Part shown: positions 20,114-28,658 of the stretch, in pieces
How positions within the stretch are numbered: the first letter of the stretch is position 1
How the letters are laid out: every line of letters begins with the position of its first letter
Source: Promethearchaeota archaeon
GTDB lineage: Archaea > Asgardarchaeota > Lokiarchaeia > Sigyniarchaeales > SOKP01
Length of the DNA: 64,000 nt
Assembly (NCBI GenBank): GCA_030599585.1
Contig: JAUVNS010000008.1
Location: 1-64,000, forward strand
Reading direction: 5' to 3'
Notes under the pieces: model-generated
Seen by the model: the letters and a program-made list of their open reading frames with translations, nothing else
Databases searched by the model: none
What the model was told of the DNA's origin: nothing
Program-made: the position numbers and the translations under genes

Positions 20114-20494
20114 TTAATTATTTAATACTTCCTTTACATAAGATCGAAGTTCGTTTCCTGAAAATGGCTTAGTTACATAACCATCAGCACCTAATTCTGT
20201 GCCTTTTTCTATATCCTCTTTAAAACTCTTAACTGTAAAAAGAATTACTTTAACATCCTTATAAGTATCCTTTGATCTAATGGTTCTAAGGACCTCAAAA
20301 CCTGAGAGCGCGGGCATCATCACATCAAGTAATATTAATAAGATTTCATCATACTTCTCTTCAAGAATCTTTAATGCTTCTTTACCGTTACTACATGTAA
20401 GGGTATTGTAATTATCGAGTTGTAAAAATTTTTGAACGAGACTAACTATATCTGGCTCATCATCACAAATAAGAATAGAATTTTTATCTGACAT
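20114..20494 (-). CDS. Stand-alone response regulator receiver domain (paralog of 19495-19878)
   Basis: ILICDDE, LLDVMMP, GADGYVTKPF. Confidence 0.93.
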   Translation of the reverse strand: MSDKNSILICDDEPDIVSLVQKFLQLDNYNTLTCSNGKEALKILEEKYDEILLILLDVMMPALSGFEVLRTIRSKDTYKDVKVILFTVKSFKEDIEKGTELGADGYVTKPFSGNELRSYVKEVLNN

Positions 20495-20611
20495 ACCAAA
20501 TCTTGATACTTTTTTTTGATTACTTATATTAAATTTCGTTTAATATATTAGATCAACTTATTTAACTAATTTATATGTATACTTTTTACTATTCTGAATC
20601 AAAATTCTATT

Positions 20612-21271
20612 ATGCCTAAATACGATAGTACTCCGAAGTTCCCTGACTCATATCTTGGGCATAAATCTTTAGACTATGATTCATCAATATGGATGGAGAG
20701 AAATCAAAAAAAAACTACACTCCTCTGTTCACAATATTTGTATGACGAAAGATTAGATGAACTAGAGAAACCGAATTTTTTAAAAGACGAACCTTTTTTC
20801 ATTCTTGATTTAGGCTGTGGAACTGGGTTTTCCACTGAAATTTTATTAGAGTGTGGTTTTAGGGTAATCGGAGTCGATATCCTACACGACATGCTTTCAA
20901 AAGTAAAAACTAAGAAGAATCATATGAAAAACCAAAACAATCTCGAACTACTTTTGGCAGACATAAATTATTTACCCTTAAGAAGTTCTTCAATAAATCA
21001 CGCAATTTCTATCTCAGCCTACAATTTCATCACCCATAGAGCAAAGTCGATTAGAGACAAAACGAAAATTGCAAATAATACTGCAAAGTATTTGTATAAA
21101 TTACTAAAACCAGGTGGAAGAATTATAATTGAATTCTACCCTAAAAACGATCATGAACTGGAAATGTATAGTTCATCTTTTAACAACAATGGGTTTACTG
21201 GGTTTGTCGTCAAACAAAATCCTAATCAAAAATCAGGTCAGACTTTCTTATTACTAAAAAAATGTGATTGA
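20612..21271 (+). CDS. Class I SAM methyltransferase, Bud23/WBSCR22-like SSU rRNA m7G methyltransferase
   Basis: FILDLGCGTG SAM motif plus Bud23-type motifs AISISA, LKPGG...FYPKND and GFTG. Confidence 0.8.
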   Translation: MPKYDSTPKFPDSYLGHKSLDYDSSIWMERNQKKTTLLCSQYLYDERLDELEKPNFLKDEPFFILDLGCGTGFSTEILLECGFRVIGVDILHDMLSKVKTKKNHMKNQNNLELLLADINYLPLRSSSINHAISISAYNFITHRAKSIRDKTKIANNTAKYLYKLLKPGGRIIIEFYPKNDHELEMYSSSFNNNGFTGFVVKQNPNQKSGQTFLLLKKCD

Positions 21272-21273
21272 AT

Positions 21274-21345
21274 ATGGGAATGTGTAAATTTTGCGGCAGA
21301 TTTGAAAAAACAATTTCAAATGTTCTCAGTTTATATAGAAAATAG
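21274..21345 (+). pseudogene. 5' remnant resembling the N-terminus of archaeal PflA-like radical SAM proteins
   Basis: MGMCKFCGRFEKTISNVLSLYRK*, starting 3 bp after the upstream stop; CxxCG...IS.VL pattern then early stop. Confidence 0.4.
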
Positions 21346-21432
21346 AAGATAAAGTTCTTTTAATGTATTAATGATAAAATTTATTACTTTTTAATAATTT
21401 TTCAAACTACTCAATTAAAAAAAGTTTAAATA

Positions 21433-21738
21433 ATGCAGCAAGCACGAATAAGACTTAGTAGCACTCAATTACCAGCTTTGAAAGCTGTGTGTGACCAAAT
21501 TGAAAGCGTATGCAAGAATCAAGGAATTAGAAAACTAGGCCCTATTCCTTTACCTACAAAAAGATTACGAGTTCCAGTGATGAAAGCACCATCTGGGCAA
21601 GGTACCTCAACTTGGGCAAAATTTGAGATGAGAATTCATAAACGCCTCTTTGAAATAACTGCCAATGAACGATCAATGCACCTTATTATGAAAATTCAAA
21701 TTCCAGAGTCTGTCTTAGTAGAAATTGAGTTAATGTAA
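21433..21738 (+). CDS. rps10: 30S ribosomal protein uS10 (archaeal S10 / eukaryotic S20)
   Basis: ARIRLSS, GPIPLPTKRL, GQGTSTW..FEMRIHKRL, IPESVLVEIEL. Confidence 0.95.
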   Translation: MQQARIRLSSTQLPALKAVCDQIESVCKNQGIRKLGPIPLPTKRLRVPVMKAPSGQGTSTWAKFEMRIHKRLFEITANERSMHLIMKIQIPESVLVEIELM

Positions 21739-21808
21739 TAAAACTTCTTTCTTTAGATTTTTAACATTTTTCAAGAGAATTAATATAGTTTGAATTTCTC
21801 CATTATTT

Positions 21809-22318
21809 ATGCCCTTTACACCATTTCATTTTGGTCCGGGTTTACTTATTAGCTTAACATTTCTTTCATTCATTGATATTCCTACTTTCTTAATAGCGAG
21901 TGTAATCGTTGATATTGAACCATTTTTAGTGTTAATTTTTGACCTAAATTATCCTCTTCATGGTTTTTTCCATAGTTTTTTAGGAGGTTTCATCGCTGCC
22001 GTTTTTTTATCGATGGTTATGAGTAAGATTAGAAGGTACTTTACCCCTTTGCTTACATTTTTTAAAATAGAACAATCTATATCGCTTAAAAAAATATTAT
22101 TTTCGAGTATTTGTGGGATTTTTCTCCATATATTATTAGACTCTCCTCTTTATTTGGATATCCAACCATTTTTCCCTTTTGAATTTAATCCATTTTATAG
22201 AAATACCTTCATGCCTGGCTTAATTGAGTATTTAATTTGTGCTTGGTGTTTCATAGGAGCAATTTTTGTCTATATAATTAGGTTGTTTCAACATAAAAAT
22301 AGAAAATTATTTCCTTAA
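21809..22318 (+). CDS. Putative membrane-bound metal-dependent hydrolase
   Basis: MPFTPFH, D.EP, HGFFHS, HILLD, PFFP. Confidence 0.75.
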   Translation: MPFTPFHFGPGLLISLTFLSFIDIPTFLIASVIVDIEPFLVLIFDLNYPLHGFFHSFLGGFIAAVFLSMVMSKIRRYFTPLLTFFKIEQSISLKKILFSSICGIFLHILLDSPLYLDIQPFFPFEFNPFYRNTFMPGLIEYLICAWCFIGAIFVYIIRLFQHKNRKLFP

Positions 22319-22387
22319 AACTTTTAGGATGAATTTAAATCAATGGTTAAATTTTATGTTTATAAGACATTGAGCTCTTTTTAAATC

Positions 22388-23110
22388 ATGACAGATTATC
22401 ATACTAAAACATTTTACGGCCAAAAATCAAGCATTACACTTACAAGCCCTTCTAAATCAGCTCCGTATGTTTTCTTAAGTTGTATAAATCGTAAGAAAGA
22501 TGGTACATGGGAGAACACATCTAAAGGAGAAGGAAAAACAGTTAAAATAAGTACTGAAGAAATCATTTGTATTTTAGAAGTTCTTCTTAAAAAAAGCGCA
22601 AATTGGAGAGGTTTTCACGTCTTTAAAGAGCGTAAAACAGAAATATACGTAGGCTGGGAAAAAGAATCTCGTGAAGTAGTTCAGATCAAAATTGGTGAAT
22701 ATATAAAGAAACTCCGTTTTCCTAATCTAAATTTTTTCACATTAATGCTTGAGCATATATTGAGCGAAAAAATTGAATTTGCTACTAGCGGAAAATCCAA
22801 GATGACATCATCGGACGGAGTTACTCAGGATGAGGGCGAATATGGTGTATTTTCAGAACACATTATTGCACGAAACGGATTACAAGTAGTTGAAACTACG
22901 GAATTTGGTGTTTTAAAAGATACGATCGAGATCAAAGCTAAAGTTAAAGTAGAAAGCCCTAAAGCACTTTTAATAACGCTAGAATCGGATAAAGAATTTT
23001 GGATTCCAAAAAGCACAATTCACAGCAATTACGACATGGAAAACAAAAAGAACTTCCAAACTCTTGTTGTAGATAAATGGATTATAGAAAAACAAAGAAT
23101 ACCCCAATGA
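22388..23110 (+). CDS. Hypothetical protein, possible Whirly/PC4-like N-domain plus phage-type WIPKS domain
   Basis: Repeated beta-strand/helix pattern; C-terminal ESPKALLI...EFWIPKSTI...VDKWI. Confidence 0.55.
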   Translation: MTDYHTKTFYGQKSSITLTSPSKSAPYVFLSCINRKKDGTWENTSKGEGKTVKISTEEIICILEVLLKKSANWRGFHVFKERKTEIYVGWEKESREVVQIKIGEYIKKLRFPNLNFFTLMLEHILSEKIEFATSGKSKMTSSDGVTQDEGEYGVFSEHIIARNGLQVVETTEFGVLKDTIEIKAKVKVESPKALLITLESDKEFWIPKSTIHSNYDMENKKNFQTLVVDKWIIEKQRIPQ

Positions 23111-24354
23111 CAAATAAAGATATAAGTGAAAAATTTTATGGTAAGCCATTATTTGTGAATTTACTATTATTAATTATAAATCTGTTTTTGTTTATCTTCA
23201 AGCTCATTGTTTCTAGTTTAAGTGGAAGCTTAGCTCTTCAAGCAGATGCTTTTGATAATTTAACAGATATAATTATGGTTTTTGCGGCTATAGTTGGAAT
23301 ATACTATGCTAAAAGAAAACCTAATAATAAATTTCCCTATGGTTATTACAAAATCGAAAATATAATTAGCCTAATTATTTCAATGGTCATATTTTTTACA
23401 GCTTATAACATAATTACTACATCGTTCTCTGAAATTTCTGAAACTATTGCTGGATTTCCAAAACAGATAATAGTTACCCCTACAATTTTTCTTTTCCTAA
23501 TAATATCTTTACTAATTTCTTTCTTATCAACTATCTATTTAAAAGTAGTAGGAAAACAGACGAAATCACCCATTATTCAATCTCAAGCTACTGAAAAACT
23601 TTACGATAATCTGATATCTTCTTCAGTAATAATCGGGTTTATTAGTGCTTTATTTAGTATAAACCTTGTAGATTCAATTATTAGTTTAGTTATTGCCTTG
23701 CTTATCATTAAAGGGGGATATGATATTTTCTTAACATCTACTAAAACATTATTAGACGCAGTGATCGATTTTGATAAAAGAAATGAACTCTATAAAATAA
23801 TAGATAGCTATCCAAATGTTAAAGAGATTGAAAACATTGAAATTCGCTCCTACGGGAGATATATTTTTGTTGAAATTGTAATTGAATTAAATAAAGAACT
23901 CCATTTACATCAAGTAGAATTACTAAAAAATAAAATATCAACAAAAATAAAAACAGAGTTCCCTGAAATCTTTAAAATTATAATTATTTCTCAGGCTCAA
24001 CCAAAAGAAATTATTAAAATTGCTGTCCCTTTATTGAAAAACAATGGATTAGATTCTAAAATTTCTGAGCATTTTGGAGAATCTCCTTTCTTTTCTATAA
24101 TGGAATTGCAAGAAGAAAATAATCAATTCAAATTAATCAATCATAACATTGTCCCAAATAAGTTTAAAGACGAAGAAAAAAGGAAAGGAATTTTGATTTC
24201 TGAGTGGTTCTTAGAAGAAAAAATTGATAAGCTTTATTTAAAAAGTGATTTAAAAAAAGGTCCAAAATTGATCTTAGAAAATAGTTTAGTTCAAATGATA
24301 ATTACTAAATTTGAAAGTTTACATGAGATTATCGAACAAGAAACACAAATTTAA
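23107..24354 (+). CDS. Cation diffusion facilitator fused to a NifB/NifX-like C-terminal domain
   Basis: SGSLALQADAFD..TD, PYGYYKIE, CTD; C-terminal KIAVP...ISEHFGESPFF; ATGA overlap with upstream gene. Confidence 0.88.
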   Translation: MTNKDISEKFYGKPLFVNLLLLIINLFLFIFKLIVSSLSGSLALQADAFDNLTDIIMVFAAIVGIYYAKRKPNNKFPYGYYKIENIISLIISMVIFFTAYNIITTSFSEISETIAGFPKQIIVTPTIFLFLIISLLISFLSTIYLKVVGKQTKSPIIQSQATEKLYDNLISSSVIIGFISALFSINLVDSIISLVIALLIIKGGYDIFLTSTKTLLDAVIDFDKRNELYKIIDSYPNVKEIENIEIRSYGRYIFVEIVIELNKELHLHQVELLKNKISTKIKTEFPEIFKIIIISQAQPKEIIKIAVPLLKNNGLDSKISEHFGESPFFSIMELQEENNQFKLINHNIVPNKFKDEEKRKGILISEWFLEEKIDKLYLKSDLKKGPKLILENSLVQMIITKFESLHEIIEQETQI

Positions 24355-24420
24355 GTCTTAGAATAAAAAATATTTACCTAAGAACATTTTATTAAGTACT
24401 TAAACTTTTAATTGATTTCT

Positions 24421-25248
24421 ATGGAATTGGATATTAACTTGTTAAAATTAATTGCATTAAACGTATATGATGCCATACATCCGATCTTAGGCTCTAAGAA
24501 GGCCGCAGAAAAGGCTCAGAGGGGCGCAGGAGGCGATATTTCAATGCAAATAGACCTTATTGCGGAAAAGATCATTGTTAACACTTTGGAAAATGAGAAA
24601 GTAAATCTATTGTTAATTAGCGAAGAATTAGGCGAACAATATATAGGAAATAGAGAAAAAGCAATTAAAAGCCAAAATGTTTTAATTATCGATCCTGTTG
24701 ATGGTTCTAATAACGCAGTGAGAGGAATCCCTTACTGTTCTATATCAATAGCCTATGCAATAGGTAAGAGTATAAAAGACATAAGAAAAGCTGTAGTCTT
24801 AGATTTAGTTTCAAAAGACATTTATTGGGCTGTTAAAGGAGAAGGTGCTTATTTAAACGATAAGAAAATTCGAGTTTCAAATTTGGACCTTTCAGATAAT
24901 TGTTTTTTTGAGCTCAATCTTCCAAAAAATAACGCTTTTACATCTATCGAGAGATTAAAACCAATAATTGAACGATTCTATCGCATCAGAATACTCGGGA
25001 GTAGTGCTTTAACCTTATGTCAAGTTGCCAAGGGTAGTATGGAAGCTTTTATTAATTTGCGAGAATCTAATAGGTTAGTTGACGTTGCTGCTGGCCTTCT
25101 AATACTCAAAGAAGCAAACGGTCAATTTTTCTCTCTTGATGGAATCGAGATTGATCAAAAACTATCTATAGACTTAAAATTTCCCTTTGTAGCTTGTAAT
25201 GCGAAACTAGAACATTTCTTAAAAAACGAGTTAAGTTCCAATTATTAA
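24421..25248 (+). CDS. suhB: Inositol monophosphatase / FBPase (FIG superfamily)
   Basis: ISEE, IDPVDGSNN, RILGSSAL, DVAAGLLILKEANG. Confidence 0.88.
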   Translation: MELDINLLKLIALNVYDAIHPILGSKKAAEKAQRGAGGDISMQIDLIAEKIIVNTLENEKVNLLLISEELGEQYIGNREKAIKSQNVLIIDPVDGSNNAVRGIPYCSISIAYAIGKSIKDIRKAVVLDLVSKDIYWAVKGEGAYLNDKKIRVSNLDLSDNCFFELNLPKNNAFTSIERLKPIIERFYRIRILGSSALTLCQVAKGSMEAFINLRESNRLVDVAAGLLILKEANGQFFSLDGIEIDQKLSIDLKFPFVACNAKLEHFLKNELSSNY

Positions 25249-26324
25249 GATGGGATATTGATAGGATATTTGCCGTATTTTCTCTTTATATTATGCATCG
25301 CTTCAAATCTATCAATTGTAACTGCTGGATTTATACTGTGACCCGAGCTAAATATGTATCCCCCGCCTGGTGCTAATTCTCGTATTAACTTTTTAGCATA
25401 ATCTTCTATCTCTGAAATCTCCCCCATTACTAACATGATGGGACTTAGATTGCCAATAAAAGTTATCTTGTCACCATATTTCTTGTTTAGTTCAAATATA
25501 TCGTAATCCTTATTAGCAGTTGTAGACTCTACAGGATTGATGGCGTCAACTCCACAATTCACAATATCGCTAAAAATTTCCATTAAATCTCCATCCGAAT
25601 GCAAAATAATCTTGCAATCTTGCTTATGAGCGGCATCACATATTTTTTTTATCCATGGAAATATATATTTGCGATATAAACTAGGTCTCATGAATAATCC
25701 GTTTTTAAATCCATAATCATCCCACAATAATACCATCTGAGCGTCATTTTCGGCGAGAATTTTAACTAATTCCAGAGTAAAGGAACCTCTATCATCAAAT
25801 ATTCTTTTTATTTGCTTTTCGTTGCCTAATATTCTTGAAAATGTTTCGATTCCAAAGCCCTCCCAAGCACATTCCATGAGTGCCCCCGTGGATGGAATTG
25901 AAAATACTGTATCATCCATTTCATTTTGTATTTTTCTTCCGCTTTTAAATTGCATTATTCTAGCTCTTAAATTCGGATCTGGCAGTTCCCAGCTTTCATA
26001 GTCCTCAAACGAGTTAAAGTGCCCTCCGTGGTAAGCCATGATCATAGTTTTATCATCAGCATATTCATATTTCATTATTCTACCATATTCGTCTATAAAT
26101 CCTCCCCTAAACATTTTTCGGGGAAATAAGCTTACATAACTAAGAACTAAATCAATTCCAACTTTCTCAAAGAATGCATAAGCACCCTTATAACCTCCTG
26201 ATGTACGTGGATCAATACCGTAATGTCTAATAATTGTATTGTTTGTAAAAGCGCTTTCAAAAGCAGGAACTCGATCCGGTTCTTTGTGCTCAATAGTAGT
26301 TAAAACTCTTTCTGGAGCCTTCAT
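25245..26324 (-). CDS. Uroporphyrinogen decarboxylase-fold protein (MtaA/CmuA-like corrinoid methyltransferase family)
   Basis: PDRVP, DDYG, HSDG, GNL, GGGYIFSSGHSI. Confidence 0.85.
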   Translation of the reverse strand: MKAPERVLTTIEHKEPDRVPAFESAFTNNTIIRHYGIDPRTSGGYKGAYAFFEKVGIDLVLSYVSLFPRKMFRGGFIDEYGRIMKYEYADDKTMIMAYHGGHFNSFEDYESWELPDPNLRARIMQFKSGRKIQNEMDDTVFSIPSTGALMECAWEGFGIETFSRILGNEKQIKRIFDDRGSFTLELVKILAENDAQMVLLWDDYGFKNGLFMRPSLYRKYIFPWIKKICDAAHKQDCKIILHSDGDLMEIFSDIVNCGVDAINPVESTTANKDYDIFELNKKYGDKITFIGNLSPIMLVMGEISEIEDYAKKLIRELAPGGGYIFSSGHSINPAVTIDRFEAMHNIKRKYGKYPINIPS

Positions 26325-26429
26325 TATATCTTCTATTAATAATGTTTTATTAAAATCTTTAATTACCTTAAGAAGGGCTTTAAAATATTTAAAAGTTTAA
26401 TTTTACAAATTTGTAGAGCTGATTCTGAT

Positions 26430-27026
26430 TTGAGTGAATTTAAAAGACTAACAACAGACTTCTTTTCAAGAGGAACAATTGAAGTGGGTAAGGATCTGTT
26501 AGGTAGATATCTAATAAAAGAAACCGAAAAAGGAACTATTATAGGAAAAATAATAGAAGTCGAAGCGTATTTAGGTCTAAATGATAAAGCGTGCCACGCT
26601 TATAAATACAATAAAACCGAAAAAACAAACGCTATGTATATGAAACCTGGTACTTTTTATGTGTATTATATTTATGGCATATATTTTTGCTTTAATGTCA
26701 TTACTGAGCCAATAGACATCCCCTGTGCTATTTTTGTAAGAAAACTTCATCCAATAGAGAGAATTGATTTAATGTTGGAAAATCGAAGTGTAAAAATTGG
26801 AAAAAATAATAAGAATTTGGTTGATGGACCAAGCAAATTGTGTATGGCATTCAATATAACTAAGGAAAATTACAACGGTAAAGATTCTTGCGCAGAAAAT
26901 TCAAAACTCTATTTTGCTCAAGGAAAAAAGATTTTAGATAAACATATTATTTTAGGAAAAAGAATTGGGATCGCTTATGCAGAAGAGGACAAAGACAGGT
27001 TATTGCGGATGTCTTTAAAGGAATAA
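26430..27026 (+). CDS. mpg: 3-methyladenine DNA glycosylase
   Basis: GKIIEVEAYLG..DKACH, YVYYIYG, DGPSKLC, KRIGI; TTG start. Confidence 0.92.
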   Translation: MSEFKRLTTDFFSRGTIEVGKDLLGRYLIKETEKGTIIGKIIEVEAYLGLNDKACHAYKYNKTEKTNAMYMKPGTFYVYYIYGIYFCFNVITEPIDIPCAIFVRKLHPIERIDLMLENRSVKIGKNNKNLVDGPSKLCMAFNITKENYNGKDSCAENSKLYFAQGKKILDKHIILGKRIGIAYAEEDKDRLLRMSLKE

Positions 27027-27034
27027 TAAAGCAA

Positions 27035-27338
27035 AAACCTGGATTTCGATTCCAATTCGAATACTACGACCATATAATGTGCTCCTCCACGACCTTACCA
27101 TAAAGCGTGAACATCTAAACTTACGATTGCTCCATCCCTGGCCTGATCGGTTTTGTTATTACGAGTTTATGCCTTCCCTACGGAAGACCCTACTCTGACA
27201 CCCACCATCATGGGGATCGCTTCGCCGGAACATAAAATTGGATAATATTCCTCATGAAACCTGAATCCAAGCAATTTGCACTAATGAGGACTTTGTGCTC
27301 CGTCCAACAAAGGGACTTTAGGCCACCCCAAACGGCCC
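27035..27338 (-). ncRNA. ffs: Signal recognition particle (7S) RNA
   Basis: Minus strand has helix 8 CGAU-CAGG-CCA-GGGA-UGG-AGCA-AUCG (27124-27149; SRP54 site, GNRA loop), helix 6 CUUCC-GUAG-GGAAG (27173-27186; GNAR loop) and 5' Alu-like hairpins; ~300 nt, GC-elevated, followed by a U-tract; ends approximate. Confidence 0.9.
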
Positions 27339-27410
27339 ATAAAAATAAAATGAATGTATTAATAAAAACTTGATGAACTATTGAGAATAAGAAATGTTAA
27401 AGTTAAGGGA

Positions 27411-27569
27411 TTAATCTAATGTTAATTCTTTATTGATCCTACGGCGTAATATAGATAAAAATTCTTCAGTATCTGGAAAAACATAAGTAATATTGTCTCC
27501 ATCGTCATCAATCGTAACTTCTTTGAAAAATTTACCTTCAATTTTCACTTTCATGTCGTTTAGTATCAT
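27411..27569 (-). CDS. Small hypothetical ORF or gene remnant (52 aa)
   Basis: MILNDMKVKIEGKFFKEVTIDDDGDNITYVFPDTEEFLSILRRRINKELTLD*; protein-like composition, below ORF-track cutoff. Confidence 0.3.
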   Translation of the reverse strand: MILNDMKVKIEGKFFKEVTIDDDGDNITYVFPDTEEFLSILRRRINKELTLD

Positions 27570-27628
27570 ACAAAAAGAATATTAATCGAATTTCAAAAAA
27601 CCACATAACATGGAAGTAATATTACTTT

Positions 27629-28513
27629 CTAATTACCATTCTTGTTGCTATTCGCGACAAAAGCGTTTACAATGTGTGGTATGACTTCACGAGGAAAACT
27701 ATGCCCCATCCCATCTAGAATCAATAATTCTGCCCCAGGTATGGTTGTTGCGATTTCTTTACCCGCTTCAATAAGGTTAAAAGGATCTTCACTTCCATGA
27801 ATAACAACTGTAGGTGCCATTATTGTAGATATATAAGGTTTAATGTTACCCGGAACTGCCATCGCTGCTAATTGGCGGGTTATTCCTTGAGGGTAATAAC
27901 TTCGATCATACTCGCTTGTTCTATACTCTCTTGATTTATCCTCATCATAAGGAAATGTACCATTGATCAGACTATCACGTTTGACCATCTCTTCAATATA
28001 TGCTTCACGCTCGGATGGAACGGGTGCAAAGAAATGCATCAAGATTTCAGGCTTTGAAGGTGGAAGTTCTGGATTTCCAGTTGTGCTCATAATTACTGTG
28101 AGAGATAATAATCGAGAAGGATGTCTATAGGCTATAATCTGTGCGATCATTCCACCCATCGAAGCACCACAGATGTGTGCCTTATCAATATTTAGAGCAT
28201 CCAAGACCCCAACAGCATCCCCTGCCATGTCTTCTAAAGTGTACGGTACTTCGGGTAATTCTCCACGAGTATAGGTAGCATTAATCTCCACAAAGTTTGG
28301 TATACCTGCATCTTCAAATTTTGTTGACAAGCCTATATCCCTGTTGTCGAATCTTATGACAAAAAAACCATGATTTGCAAAATTTTCGCACATCTCGTCC
28401 GACCAAGCAAGTAATTGGCTTCCCAGTCCCGCTATCAATAACAACGGTTTTGAAGTCGGATCTCCGATTGTTTCATATTCAATTTCTATATTATTTACGT
28501 TTGCTTTTGGCAT
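27629..28513 (-). CDS. Alpha/beta hydrolase
   Basis: RFDNRDIGLS, GASMGG nucleophile elbow, HGSEDP, GMGH. Confidence 0.92.
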   Translation of the reverse strand: MPKANVNNIEIEYETIGDPTSKPLLLIAGLGSQLLAWSDEMCENFANHGFFVIRFDNRDIGLSTKFEDAGIPNFVEINATYTRGELPEVPYTLEDMAGDAVGVLDALNIDKAHICGASMGGMIAQIIAYRHPSRLLSLTVIMSTTGNPELPPSKPEILMHFFAPVPSEREAYIEEMVKRDSLINGTFPYDEDKSREYRTSEYDRSYYPQGITRQLAAMAVPGNIKPYISTIMAPTVVIHGSEDPFNLIEAGKEIATTIPGAELLILDGMGHSFPREVIPHIVNAFVANSNKNGN

Positions 28514-28658
28514 TATAGATATTCCTCATTTATCTCTTTAAATATAGTAATTGTGAAGTGTAATATTAAGTTAAACTTTATGTAAAACCAAAAATAAGCT
28601 AAACTATAGTTTAATCATCATAAATTAATGAAATATGAGTAAATTTTAAGTGATTACA

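Noticed and set aside
21269-21352. TGA read-through of the Bud23-like gene (CD-U-IWEC...) as a selenoprotein
   Set aside because: The methyltransferase domain is complete at the TGA, and the downstream DNA is better explained as a gene stub in another frame
27035-27338. RNase P RNA as the identity of the GC-rich non-coding stretch
   Set aside because: Lacks the GAGGAAAGUCC and AGNNNNAU...ACANAA P4 signatures in context; SRP helix 6 and 8 motifs are clear
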